Shown piece by piece: positions 9,767-18,982 of a stretch of 46,464 bases of DNA. The notes beneath the pieces are model-generated. The model saw only the letters and a program-made list of their open reading frames with translations. It made no database searches and had not been told where the DNA came from. The stretch lies in NCBI GenBank assembly GCA_028866935.1, contig JAGWHH010000002.1, positions 1-46,464 of the forward strand, in the 5' to 3' direction. This DNA is from Candidatus Micrarchaeota archaeon. GTDB taxonomy: Archaea; Micrarchaeota; Micrarchaeia; Micrarchaeales; CABMGC01. Within the stretch, counting starts at the first letter, position 1; each line of letters opens with the position of its first letter. The position numbers and the translations under genes were made by a program.

Positions 9767-11776
9767 TTATTTATATTCTTCAAGAATGTCGACTACCTGC
9801 TGTTTTGTCGGCATAGGCTGCTTTATAAGCGGTCCTTTCTGCAAGGTCATGTCGAGCTGGCTATACGTTGGCCTTTCAACTCTGTAGAACAATCCTATCG
9901 GTATCTTTTCCCAGTTATTCTTTTCAGTCTCTATTGACTTTTCAAGAGCCGAGCTCAGGCTTGTTGAATCATGTCCCGTGCCTTCAAGCTTGTACACCCT
10001 CTGCCTGAACCAGTCGTACGTATTGACGTTGTTGAATGTCACGCACGGGCTGAAAACATCTATCATAGAAAAGCCCCTGTGCTGTATTCCACCCTTAATC
10101 ATCTCTGCCATGTGGTTGGGATCTCCTGAGAATGCCCTGGCAACATATGTCGCTCCTGCAGATATTGCTATGCCAATCGGGTTCTCCGGATTTTCTATTG
10201 ATCCGAAAGGAGTTGATTTTGTCTTTGCGCCAAACAGGCTTGTTGGCGAAGTCTGGCCAGTTGTGAGGCCGTATATCTCATTATTCATTATTATGTATGT
10301 AATATCGACATTCCTTCTTGCGTTGTGGATAAGGTGCCCTACTCCTATTCCATATCCGTCTCCGTCCCCTCCTGCCCCTATCACCGTAAGGTCGTCATTT
10401 GCAAGCTTTACTCCAGCAGCCACTGGAAGCAGCCTTCCGTGAAGGCTGTGCACTCCGTAAGTCCCAAATGGGTGCGGCATCGAAGAGCTGCAGCCTATCC
10501 CTGACACAAGCATGACATTCTCCTTCTCTATGCCCAACTCTGTGAGGGCCTTAAGTATACCAGCCTGCACACCGAAGTCACCGCAATTTCCCGAAGCAGT
10601 AACATTTGTTACGAAAGTATGGTCTGCATCATCCATTGTCAAATCATATACTGGCCCATCATAATCAAACGTCTCTATCGAAGAAATAGGAAGATACACC
10701 CTACCTTCTTTTATTACAGATGACCTCTTTCTTCTAATTGAAGTCCTGCGAAGCGACACCCCTACAATGCCTGCAAGCCTATTATAGTCATCGCAGTCTT
10801 TTACATAGGTTCTGTATGCTTTTCTATGTATTCCATGAGCAGGCTCTGTATAAACTATTGGAACAATATTCTGCCTAAGTAGCAGCATCTTAAGCTGCTC
10901 TGACAGTACTACCGATATCGTGGCGTATCCTGCTTTCGAATCATCGAAATAGCCATCCCCTCTCCACATACCTCTGATTAGGCCTTCCTGTTTTTCTAAC
11001 GGCAGGAACATAAAGTCGTGCGGTATCTGCTTGTTTTGTGCACAGTCACCAAATAACTGCCTTAATATTTCTGCAAGGTAAGATGAATTAAAAACAAGGT
11101 CTATACTATTATTCTCCTTATGTGTATCCTCCGCGCATTCCAATCCAAAAGCATTCGCCATCAGTTTCTTGACGTCAGATATGAACTCTAGTTCATCTGT
11201 GCTGAAACTGAAAATTACCGACCCATTGTGCGTACTGCCCTCTGCAATGTAATAACCAAACAAACGCATAAGATCTTCATTTACACTTAAGGAGGCAGGC
11301 AACTCCTTGCTTCTTGTATCCTTTATCTTTTTAGTATAGACCAAAGGCATACTTTCAATATCTTTAATCTCACTCATCACTGGAAATACTAAGTAATCTC
11401 CTACCTTAAGGTCCTTTGCCTCTATCTTCTCTTCTGTAAAACTGCGATTATGTTCTTTTCTGCCGTTTAACCTTGTCACTGCTACAAATGGGTGCTCTGG
11501 CGTTGCGCTTATTGCACCAAAGCATTTTGCACGTACTTTGTACATGAGGCCTTTATGATGATGCACTATCGTATCTGCGACATGCTTGTATTTGCCCTTA
11601 GCCGTGAGTATCCTATCTCCTACCTTTACATCCTGTATCTGCTTTACTGAAGGGTTTGAGACCACCAGCGTATCTCCAAGAACGCAACCAGGGCACCATA
11701 TCGGTTTTACTCCTGAAGTGAGCACCTGTTTTGGCTTTGCTGCAGGCGATGTCTGCGGTTGATTTGCATCCGGCAT
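9767..11776 (-). CDS. korB: 2-oxoacid:ferredoxin oxidoreductase beta subunit precursor containing an intein (302 aa after splicing)
   Basis: WCPG|...|CGDFG, SGIGCS, HGR, GGDGDG TPP motif, NNEIYGLTTGQ, SPCVTF. Confidence 0.95.
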   Translation of the reverse strand: MPDANQPQTSPAAKPKQVLTSGVKPIWCPGCVLGDTLVVSNPSVKQIQDVKVGDRILTAKGKYKHVADTIVHHHKGLMYKVRAKCFGAISATPEHPFVAVTRLNGRKEHNRSFTEEKIEAKDLKVGDYLVFPVMSEIKDIESMPLVYTKKIKDTRSKELPASLSVNEDLMRLFGYYIAEGSTHNGSVIFSFSTDELEFISDVKKLMANAFGLECAEDTHKENNSIDLVFNSSYLAEILRQLFGDCAQNKQIPHDFMFLPLEKQEGLIRGMWRGDGYFDDSKAGYATISVVLSEQLKMLLLRQNIVPIVYTEPAHGIHRKAYRTYVKDCDDYNRLAGIVGVSLRRTSIRRKRSSVIKEGRVYLPISSIETFDYDGPVYDLTMDDADHTFVTNVTASGNCGDFGVQAGILKALTELGIEKENVMLVSGIGCSSSMPHPFGTYGVHSLHGRLLPVAAGVKLANDDLTVIGAGGDGDGYGIGVGHLIHNARRNVDITYIIMNNEIYGLTTGQTSPTSLFGAKTKSTPFGSIENPENPIGIAISAGATYVARAFSGDPNHMAEMIKGGIQHRGFSMIDVFSPCVTFNNVNTYDWFRQRVYKLEGTGHDSTSLSSALEKSIETEKNNWEKIPIGLFYRVERPTYSQLDMTLQKGPLIKQPMPTKQQVVDILEEYK
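10586..11686 (-). mobile_element. Intein (367 aa) with LAGLIDADG homing endonuclease
   Basis: Block A CVLGDTLV, block B ATPEHPF, LAGLIDADG helices LFGYYIAEGS and LIRGMWRGDG, block F VYDLT, terminus ASGN followed by Cys+1; removal restores WCPGCGDF. Confidence 0.95.
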
Positions 11777-11780
11777 AGTA

Positions 11781-13514
11781 TCATTGTTTTATTAGTTTAA
11801 TAGCGCTGTTTGCAATGTCCTGTCCTGTGAAGGCCTCTCCGTCGTACTTCAGGATAGAACTTTTTATCTCGATCCCGGTCTCCATCCTTATTACCTTGGC
11901 AAGCTGCCCGGTGTAGTTGCCTTCAACATTTATCAGCTTCTTGCCCTCAAGCATCTTCCTTGTCCTGTCCTTGTCAAGCGGCAGAAGGTAGCTGAACGAT
12001 ATGAGCCCGAAGTTCTTTCCCTGCGCCTTGAGTATGTCTATTGCCTCAGAAGCAGGCTGCGTGGTCGAACCGAAAGTCACGAAGAAATAATCGGCATTCT
12101 CGTTTAATACCTCAGGCACGAATACAGGCTCATTCTTCAGCATTGTATCTATCTTCCTCATTCTCTTCTCGTGCATCTTGCTCCTCATATCTATTGCCCA
12201 GTCAAGCCCCGCGTACATGTCTGTTACAAGATCCCCAAACTCATTATGTTCGTCGCTTCCGGCAACGAATTCCATTCCCTTTGAACCAGGAATCGACCTC
12301 GGCGAGACCCCATCATCAGTAAGCAGATACCTCTTGAATCTTCCGCCATCATTATTCTCTGTTGCTATCTTCCCTCTGTCTATCGTCACTCCATCAACAT
12401 CAAAAGCCTCTACCGTTTCAACGCGCTCAGAGAGGTAAAGATCCATCATTATTATTACCGGGACCTGGTATCTGTCTGCAAGGTTGAACGCTTCTGCGGC
12501 AATTCTAAAGCTCTCCTCTATGCTCCTTGGCGCGACAACTATCCTTGGAAATTCTCCCTGAGACGCGTGCATTACAAAAAGTATGTCTCCCTGCTCTGTT
12601 TTTGTAGGAACTCCTGTGCTAGGCCCTGATCTTTGCGATTCGACTACAACTAGCGGCGTCTCAAGCATCCCTGCAAGCCCAAGTCCCTCAACCATGAGCG
12701 AGAAACCTCCGCCGCTGGTTCCGCACATTGCACGCGCTCCTGCCGCAGATGCGCCTATTGCCATGTTTATCGCAGCGATCTCGTCCTCCACCTGTTTTGG
12801 CATCACTCCTTTGTTCTCATGCGAAGCAAACCAGTGCAGTATGCTGCTTGCAGGAGTCATAGGATATGCAGAATAGAACTTGCATCCTGCTGCATAGGCA
12901 CCTACTGCGAGCGCAGTGTTCCCGTCAAGCACATACCGTTGCTTTCCATCTCCCTTAAGGGCGTAGAGCGTTTCAACTCCCTGATAACTATAACCACCAG
13001 TTGCAGCTTTCATGTTCTGGTTTACTACCTCTTCTCCCTTCCTTCCAAACTGCGACTTAAGCACATCATTGAACCTTGCAATGTCTATGCCTATGAACTT
13101 TAGCACGGCCCCCAGTGCAACAGTGTTTCTCATTATTGGATCTCCACTTGCAGATATTGCTATGTCAAGAAGTGGTATTGGCACAAGACGGTACTTGCTT
13201 GCATCTAGCTCCGCAACTTTAACTTTTGATGGATCGTATATCACTACTGCTTTATCGTTTAGGTGGCTCTTTTGGTTAACTATTGAATCCTGGTTGAGCG
13301 CTATCAGTATGTCTATTCCTTCACCGTAGCTCTTAAGATCAGAATCAGCTATCCTTACTTGGTACCAGCAGTGTCCGCCTCTTATTATCGAGCCGTATCC
13401 TCTGTATGCAAATACGCGCAAGCCTATCCTTGAAGCTACCTTTATCAAAAGAGCGCCGCTAGATTCCACTCCGTCACCGTGGGCTCCTGCAATCCTTATA
13501 GAAACGCTATTCAT
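11781..13514 (-). CDS. korA: 2-oxoacid:ferredoxin oxidoreductase alpha (gamma-alpha fusion) subunit
   Basis: IAGAHGDG, IRGGH, YPMTPAS, EDEIAA, TSGGGFSLM, QRSGPSTG. Confidence 0.95.
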   Translation of the reverse strand: MNSVSIRIAGAHGDGVESSGALLIKVASRIGLRVFAYRGYGSIIRGGHCWYQVRIADSDLKSYGEGIDILIALNQDSIVNQKSHLNDKAVVIYDPSKVKVAELDASKYRLVPIPLLDIAISASGDPIMRNTVALGAVLKFIGIDIARFNDVLKSQFGRKGEEVVNQNMKAATGGYSYQGVETLYALKGDGKQRYVLDGNTALAVGAYAAGCKFYSAYPMTPASSILHWFASHENKGVMPKQVEDEIAAINMAIGASAAGARAMCGTSGGGFSLMVEGLGLAGMLETPLVVVESQRSGPSTGVPTKTEQGDILFVMHASQGEFPRIVVAPRSIEESFRIAAEAFNLADRYQVPVIIMMDLYLSERVETVEAFDVDGVTIDRGKIATENNDGGRFKRYLLTDDGVSPRSIPGSKGMEFVAGSDEHNEFGDLVTDMYAGLDWAIDMRSKMHEKRMRKIDTMLKNEPVFVPEVLNENADYFFVTFGSTTQPASEAIDILKAQGKNFGLISFSYLLPLDKDRTRKMLEGKKLINVEGNYTGQLAKVIRMETGIEIKSSILKYDGEAFTGQDIANSAIKLIKQ

Positions 13515-13749
13515 TTTAACACGAAATCTCTTTCGTACTGGTCAAAATTTTTTACAAACCAATCTTTTGCATGCATCTTTATAATACCAATCATGTGCCT
13601 ATGTGGTTTGACGTTCATTATTTTTCCTGCAATTCTTCTAGTCTAAGTATGAGGTAGCGGTCTTCAATTTAAATAGAGCGTAGTGTAGTACGGCAATCAA
13701 CAAAGTCCTGTGATATCCTTTATTATAATGAAGCACGGTGATTCTTATC

Positions 13750-15009
13750 ATGTCTAAATCAGATAGCAACAGCACAAGCTTAAGCAATGAAGAGATACTA
13801 AAGAAGATAGCAAATAAGGAGATGCCAATATATCAGATAGAGAATTTCACTGATCCTGACAGCGCAGTAAAGATAAGGCGCAGTGTCATCGAGCAGCATT
13901 CAAAGGTAAAGCTCGAGCATATAGGAACAACAGCCTTCGATTACGCAAGGATAATGGGAAGGAACGCAGAGAATGTAATAGGCACTGTAAGCATTCCTCT
14001 TGGGGTTGCCGGTCCGCTTAAGATAAACGGAGAGTTTGCAAAAGATGAATTTTATGTCCCAATGGCCACTACAGAAGGTGCGCTTATAGCAAGCGTAAGC
14101 AGAGGGGCAAAGGCAGCAAATAAAAGCGGCGGAGTTACAGTAAGGATTATTGAAGACGGCATGACAAGGGGCCCAGTCTTCTCCTTCGACTCAATTATCG
14201 ATGTTCAACGGTTCCTGAAGTGGCTCCCTGAAAATTATGAAAAGATAAGGGGCGCAGCAGAGGAAACTACAGATCATGGCAAGCTTAAGAGCATAAAGCC
14301 TCTTGTAAACGGCAACGATGTATTTCTCAGGTTCAAGTACAGCACCGGAGATGCCATGGGGATGAACATGGTGACAGTCGCAACAGAAGCGGCATGCACC
14401 TATATAGAGAAAAATTTCAAAGGAGCCAGGCTTATAGCCGTTAGCGGCAACGTCTGTTCAGACAAGAAGCAGTCCCATATGAACAGTATAGAAGGAAGAG
14501 GCAAGACTGCAATAGCCGAAGCAACAATAAAGGAGAGTGTCCTAAACGAGGTATTCAACGCAACCGCAGAAGCGGTCAATGAAGTAAACTACGTAAAGAA
14601 TTGGATAGGCAGCGCAAGGGCAGGCAGCGCAATACAGTTCAATTCCCATTTTGCCAATATAGTAGCCGCAGTATTCCTTGCAACAGGCCAGGATCCGGCG
14701 CAGGTAGTAGAAAGCAGCAGCGGATATACTACTACAAAAGTGAGGGGAAAGGATCTTTACATAACTGTTACGCTTCCATCACTTGAAGTCGGAACAATAG
14801 GAGGAGGTACAGGCCTTGCAACCCAAAGGGAATCATTGACCATACTGGGAGCCGCAGGCCCAGGCAGCGCTGACGGAGAGAATTCAAAGAAGCTTGCAGA
14901 GATAATAGCAGCCACAGTACTATGTGGCGAACTTAATCTACTATCAGCTCTTGCAGGCAGGGAACTAGGCAAGGCCCACCAAAAGCTGGGCAGAAATAAA
15001 GTGGATTGA
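13750..15009 (+). CDS. hmgA: HMG-CoA reductase (class I, NADPH)
   Basis: ENVIG, PMATTEGAL, GDAMGMNM, GTIGGGT motifs; ATG 13750 follows GGTGA. Confidence 0.96.
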   Translation: MSKSDSNSTSLSNEEILKKIANKEMPIYQIENFTDPDSAVKIRRSVIEQHSKVKLEHIGTTAFDYARIMGRNAENVIGTVSIPLGVAGPLKINGEFAKDEFYVPMATTEGALIASVSRGAKAANKSGGVTVRIIEDGMTRGPVFSFDSIIDVQRFLKWLPENYEKIRGAAEETTDHGKLKSIKPLVNGNDVFLRFKYSTGDAMGMNMVTVATEAACTYIEKNFKGARLIAVSGNVCSDKKQSHMNSIEGRGKTAIAEATIKESVLNEVFNATAEAVNEVNYVKNWIGSARAGSAIQFNSHFANIVAAVFLATGQDPAQVVESSSGYTTTKVRGKDLYITVTLPSLEVGTIGGGTGLATQRESLTILGAAGPGSADGENSKKLAEIIAATVLCGELNLLSALAGRELGKAHQKLGRNKVD

Positions 15010-15018
15010 GCAGTACAG

Positions 15019-15066
15019 AATAACAGATCTTTACAAAGTTTTGTACCGGACAATCCGGTTTAAATA
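15019..15066 (+). promoter_or_regulatory. Promoter with upstream motif AATAACA-N16-TGT-N14 then TATA box TTTAAATA
   Basis: AATAAC at 15019, TTTAAATA at 15059; same spacing as 29339 and 32286. Confidence 0.7.
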
Positions 15067-15097
15067 TGGGATTAATCAAATCTAAACTGATGATGCT

Positions 15098-15706
15098 ATG
15101 ATGAAGACAGCGTATGCTCTACAAAGGGAAAAAGTAGTTCAAGTATTCTTATCGGACAAAGGCGTACTTGCTTCAGAAGCTCATAGCGTAATACCAAAGG
15201 GATACAGGCAGGCAACCTTAGAGGAAGTCGCACTCGGATACAGGCATGACCATGGCTTCAGGCAGGAATTATATGATAAAGGATGGGCTTGGACATCGCA
15301 GGAAGGGCTCCAAAGCTCAGGGTCCCATGAATTGCACGATGATGGCTCATTTTCAAAGATAGACAGAGATACTTTCTATTCACTCCCTCAAGAAAAGAGA
15401 TCATATCATGGTCCTGGACCTGGCTATGTGACCGTGGGCGTCGGCTCCAGCGAGAGGCTCAGGAGATTGATCGTGAGTGCTGACTTCGAAGCTTCGGTTG
15501 TTGCTCTGGTGGCGTATGTGAAAGCTGGGCCAAGCCAAGCAGACCACAGCCCTACAGAAGATAGTAAAACTGTAAAAGTTGCTGATTTAAACGAGCTAAG
15601 TAGAACTGCAGCAAACGTTGAAAAGATCCTGCCCAGCCTTACCCCACATACTAAAAGCCAGATATCCTCACATCTAACTGCTGTAAAGAGAGTCCTTGAC
15701 AGTTAA
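15098..15706 (+). CDS. Lineage-specific paralog family protein; candidate DGR target (VR-like segment about 15422-15520)
   Basis: Shares TLEE, GWAW, KRSY..G, RRL.V.A..VA.V pattern with ORFs at 21426, 29419, 44784; A-poor segment. Confidence 0.7.
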   Translation: MMKTAYALQREKVVQVFLSDKGVLASEAHSVIPKGYRQATLEEVALGYRHDHGFRQELYDKGWAWTSQEGLQSSGSHELHDDGSFSKIDRDTFYSLPQEKRSYHGPGPGYVTVGVGSSERLRRLIVSADFEASVVALVAYVKAGPSQADHSPTEDSKTVKVADLNELSRTAANVEKILPSLTPHTKSQISSHLTAVKRVLDS

Positions 15707-15824
15707 AGTGACGTCTTTTTCTAACTCCGCCACTATCGCGATAGGCTTATAAATCTATACAAAATAATAGTATCTACTCTCTTTCCTTTTGGATTTTAGA
15801 GTTGCTAACCACGAGCATGAAAAC

Positions 15825-16793
15825 ATGACTGGAATGCGCAAAGGATCAATGGAATATTGGCCACATAGGCGCGCCAAGAAGCAGATGCCTAGAGTCAGGA
15901 CATGGCCTACTATAGCAGAGCAGGGATTTGAGGGAGGAGTTGCAGTAAAGGCGGGGATGACACACATAATGATGGTTGATGACAGCGATTCTCCATCAAA
16001 AGGCACAGAGGTATCCAGAGCAGTTACAGTCCTTGAAATACCAAAAATGTTTATCTACGGAATAAGGTTCTACAAAAACAAGTATCTTTACAAAGAGCCG
16101 GCATCAGAAGCGTACGACGAGAATCTTGGAAAGAAGGTAGGAATCAACAAATCAAGCCACAAGCTTGCTGACCTAAAAGGAAAACTTAACGAATTCAATG
16201 ACGTAACTGCGCTCGCATTTGTTGACCCATCAAATCTTGGATTCGGCAACAAGCATGTAATGCGATTTGAGTTGCATGTTGGGGGCAAGGACGTAAAGGA
16301 AAAAGCAGATTTTGTAGAGAAGTGGCTTGGAAAGGAAATAAAGATAAGCGATGTAGTCGGAGTGGGCGACTATATAGATACCATTTCAATATCTAAAGGC
16401 AAGGGCTGGGCAGGGGTAATAAAGAGATTCAAAGTTTCAAGAGGCTACAGAAAGGCAACAAATAAGATAAGGCACGTAGGAGTACTCGGTCCTTGGCATC
16501 CGGCAAAGGTAATGTTCACCGTTCCCCATTCAGGACATATGGGATACAATTACAGGCTTGAAATGAACAAGCGCATACTTAAGATGGGAACTGATAAGGA
16601 TGCCAATGCGGTTAATGCTAAGGGCGGATTCATTAATTACGGCGTAATAAAGAATGACTATATAATGCTTGACGGATCAATACCTGGGCCAGCAAAGAGG
16701 CTGATACGGTTCAGGAAGGCTCTTAGGAGCAGCGCTCCTAAGAAGGCCCCACAGATAAATTACATTTCTATAGCCTCAAAGCAGGGTGCATGA
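15825..16793 (+). CDS. rpl3: 50S ribosomal protein L3
   Basis: KAGMTH, SKGKGWAGVIKRF, GHMGYNYR, GSIPGPAKR; ATG 15825 preferred over TTG 15789. Confidence 0.96.
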   Translation: MTGMRKGSMEYWPHRRAKKQMPRVRTWPTIAEQGFEGGVAVKAGMTHIMMVDDSDSPSKGTEVSRAVTVLEIPKMFIYGIRFYKNKYLYKEPASEAYDENLGKKVGINKSSHKLADLKGKLNEFNDVTALAFVDPSNLGFGNKHVMRFELHVGGKDVKEKADFVEKWLGKEIKISDVVGVGDYIDTISISKGKGWAGVIKRFKVSRGYRKATNKIRHVGVLGPWHPAKVMFTVPHSGHMGYNYRLEMNKRILKMGTDKDANAVNAKGGFINYGVIKNDYIMLDGSIPGPAKRLIRFRKALRSSAPKKAPQINYISIASKQGA

Positions 16794-16796
16794 TAA

Positions 16797-17603
16797 ATGG
16801 ACGTTTATGGACTTGATGGAAAGGTTGCAAGGAGCATAACCCTACCATCGGTATTTTCAGGAGAGTTCAGGCAAGACTTGGTAAGGAGGGCGCTCCTTGC
16901 AGAGCAATCCCTTAACTATCAACCACAAGGGCACTCGGTAGTGGCAGGGTTCCAGACCACCGCAGTATACATCGGAAGCTACGATGCCTCATACAGGAGG
17001 GGAAGGCACATGGGTCAGGCAATAAGGCCAAGGCAGAAGCTCGGAGGCGGTGCGCAGGGAGATGTAAGAAGGATTCCATCTGCAGTAAAGGGACACCGCG
17101 CCCATCCGCACAAGATAGAGCGGATAATCGAAGAGCAGATAAACAACAAGGAGTATGCAAAGGCACTGCGCTCAGCTATAGGCGGATGCTCGCATGCAGA
17201 ATTCATAAAGCAAAGGCACACTTATGATGGCAATACATTTCCTATAATTGTAGATGACAAGCTGGAAGGCATTGCAAAGACAAAGGACCTGATTGTAATA
17301 CTTAAGGCACTAGGCATATCAAAGGATCTTGAAAGGTCACACAAGCCAAAGCTCAGGCGCGGGCTGAAGAGGTCTGCCAAATCAAGGCATTTCAGGAACA
17401 GCGTACTCATAGTTTCAAAATCAGCAGACAAGATATCAAAGGCAGGAAGGAACATTCCAGGAGTTGATGTCACTAGCATAAACGATCTTACGGTACAACG
17501 GCTTGCTCCAGGAGGAACGCCGCGCCTCACAATATGGACGGAAAGCGCTGCAACATCTGTAGAATCTGCAATAACGGCGCAATCAGTGAGAACAAGGAGA
17601 TAA
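16797..17603 (+). CDS. rpl4: 50S ribosomal protein L4
   Basis: RQDLVRRA, GHRAHP, RNIPGVDV, LAPGG; operon position. Confidence 0.95.
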   Translation: MDVYGLDGKVARSITLPSVFSGEFRQDLVRRALLAEQSLNYQPQGHSVVAGFQTTAVYIGSYDASYRRGRHMGQAIRPRQKLGGGAQGDVRRIPSAVKGHRAHPHKIERIIEEQINNKEYAKALRSAIGGCSHAEFIKQRHTYDGNTFPIIVDDKLEGIAKTKDLIVILKALGISKDLERSHKPKLRRGLKRSAKSRHFRNSVLIVSKSADKISKAGRNIPGVDVTSINDLTVQRLAPGGTPRLTIWTESAATSVESAITAQSVRTRR

Positions 17604-17605
17604 TT

Positions 17606-17857
17606 ATGGCAGTTTTACTTCACCCACTTGCTACTGAGAAAGCATTAAATATGGTAGACAGGAATAACATAATATCCTACGTAGTTGACTACAGGTCAAC
17701 AAAGACAGAAATAAAGAAGGAATTCGAAGAGACTTTCGCAGTCAAGGTAGCGCAGGTAAATACTTCAATGTCAATAAAGAACGTAAAGAAGGCATTCATA
17801 AAATTGAAGCCTGAGTTCAAGGCAACAGATGTTGCAAGGAAACTCAAGCTAGTATAA
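17606..17857 (+). CDS. rpl23: 50S ribosomal protein L23
   Basis: PLATEKA, TKTEIK, VNT, KKAFIKL; start set at ATG 17606. Confidence 0.95.
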   Translation: MAVLLHPLATEKALNMVDRNNIISYVVDYRSTKTEIKKEFEETFAVKVAQVNTSMSIKNVKKAFIKLKPEFKATDVARKLKLV

Positions 17858-17867
17858 AGGTGTACCC

Positions 17868-18587
17868 ATGGGAAAGCGTCTAAAAATGCAAAGAAGAGGA
17901 AAGGGCTCTAACGCCTACAGGAAGCCTCCAAACACATTCAAGGCTGACGTTACTTTCAGGGGGAAGCAGATTGAAGGAAGGTCATATGCAGAAGTAGTAA
18001 GGTTTGTTGATGACCCAGGCCATACCGGTCCACTCATGGTAGTCAAGTATGACGATTTCACAGAAAATACCCTTCTTGCGCCCGAAGGAATAAAGATCGG
18101 GGACAGGATAGAGGAGGGCAAGCAGGCAAGCGTAACGTTGGGAAGCATACTGCCTCTGCGCTCTATACCTGACGGAATGCTTGTATACAATATAGAAATG
18201 CGACCTGGAGACGGCGGAAAGGTCGCAAGGGTTGCAGGAAGCTATGCAACGATAAAGTCGCATATAGGGGACACAGTAAGCGTATTCCTTCCATCAAAGA
18301 AGTCAGTTGATCTTTCAGGAGAGTGCAGGGCGGAAATTGGCGCAGTCGCAGGAGGCGGTATCAACGCGCAGCCGCTCATGAAGGCAGGCAAGGCCCATTA
18401 TATCTGGCATGCAACAAACGCAAAGTGGCCAAAGAACAGGGGAGTCAAGTCAAACCCAGTGGACCATCCATTCGGAGGAAAGCAGCACCACAAGGGCAAG
18501 AGCAGCATGACGTCAAGGAATGCGCCTCCAGGAAGAAAGGTAGGACACATAGCTGCAAGAAGGGTAGGAAGGAGGAAGAGTGGCTGA
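17868..18587 (+). CDS. rpl2: 50S ribosomal protein L2
   Basis: MGKRL..QRRGKG, DPGH, NPVDHPFGG, PPGRKVG. Confidence 0.97.
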   Translation: MGKRLKMQRRGKGSNAYRKPPNTFKADVTFRGKQIEGRSYAEVVRFVDDPGHTGPLMVVKYDDFTENTLLAPEGIKIGDRIEEGKQASVTLGSILPLRSIPDGMLVYNIEMRPGDGGKVARVAGSYATIKSHIGDTVSVFLPSKKSVDLSGECRAEIGAVAGGGINAQPLMKAGKAHYIWHATNAKWPKNRGVKSNPVDHPFGGKQHHKGKSSMTSRNAPPGRKVGHIAARRVGRRKSG

Positions 18588-18589
18588 TT

Positions 18590-18982
18590 ATGGCAAGATT
18601 ATTCACATATAAAGGAAAGAGCGCAGAGGAACTGCAGAAGATGTCCATGGAGGACTACATGAAGATAGCTAAGTCAAGGCAGAGAAGGGCTATAAAGAGG
18701 ATGTCTGCAGACTACAAGGCGCTTATTGCCAAGGTAGAAAAGGCCAGGAAGTCAGGGCAGACCAAGTCAATTCGAACCCATATAAGAGAGGCAGTAATAC
18801 TTCCAAGCTGGATAGGGCTCACATTTTCAGTATACAACGGAAAGGATTTCAAGGACTTGCCTATAACTCCAGAAGTCATAGGGCACAGGCTCGGCGAGTT
18901 TGTGTACACAACGAAGAACGTTCAACACTCAGCTCCTGGTATAAGGGCAACAAGAGGATCAAAGTTCCTAGCGGTGAAATGA
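18590..18982 (+). CDS. rps19: 30S ribosomal protein S19
   Basis: FTYKGK, RTHIR, YNGK, GHRLGEF, GIRATRGS; start ATG 18590. Confidence 0.96.
   Translation: MARLFTYKGKSAEELQKMSMEDYMKIAKSRQRRAIKRMSADYKALIAKVEKARKSGQTKSIRTHIREAVILPSWIGLTFSVYNGKDFKDLPITPEVIGHRLGEFVYTTKNVQHSAPGIRATRGSKFLAVK

Noticed and set aside
7559..13329. Many plus-strand ORFs of 60-150 aa opposite the OFOR/mevalonate operon, and similar antisense ORFs elsewhere
   Set aside because: Shadow frames of well-supported genes with no motifs
18323..18589. N-terminal extension of S19 (also those shown for L23, S3, L3)
   Set aside because: Extensions overlap the upstream ribosomal gene; downstream ATGs give normal proteins
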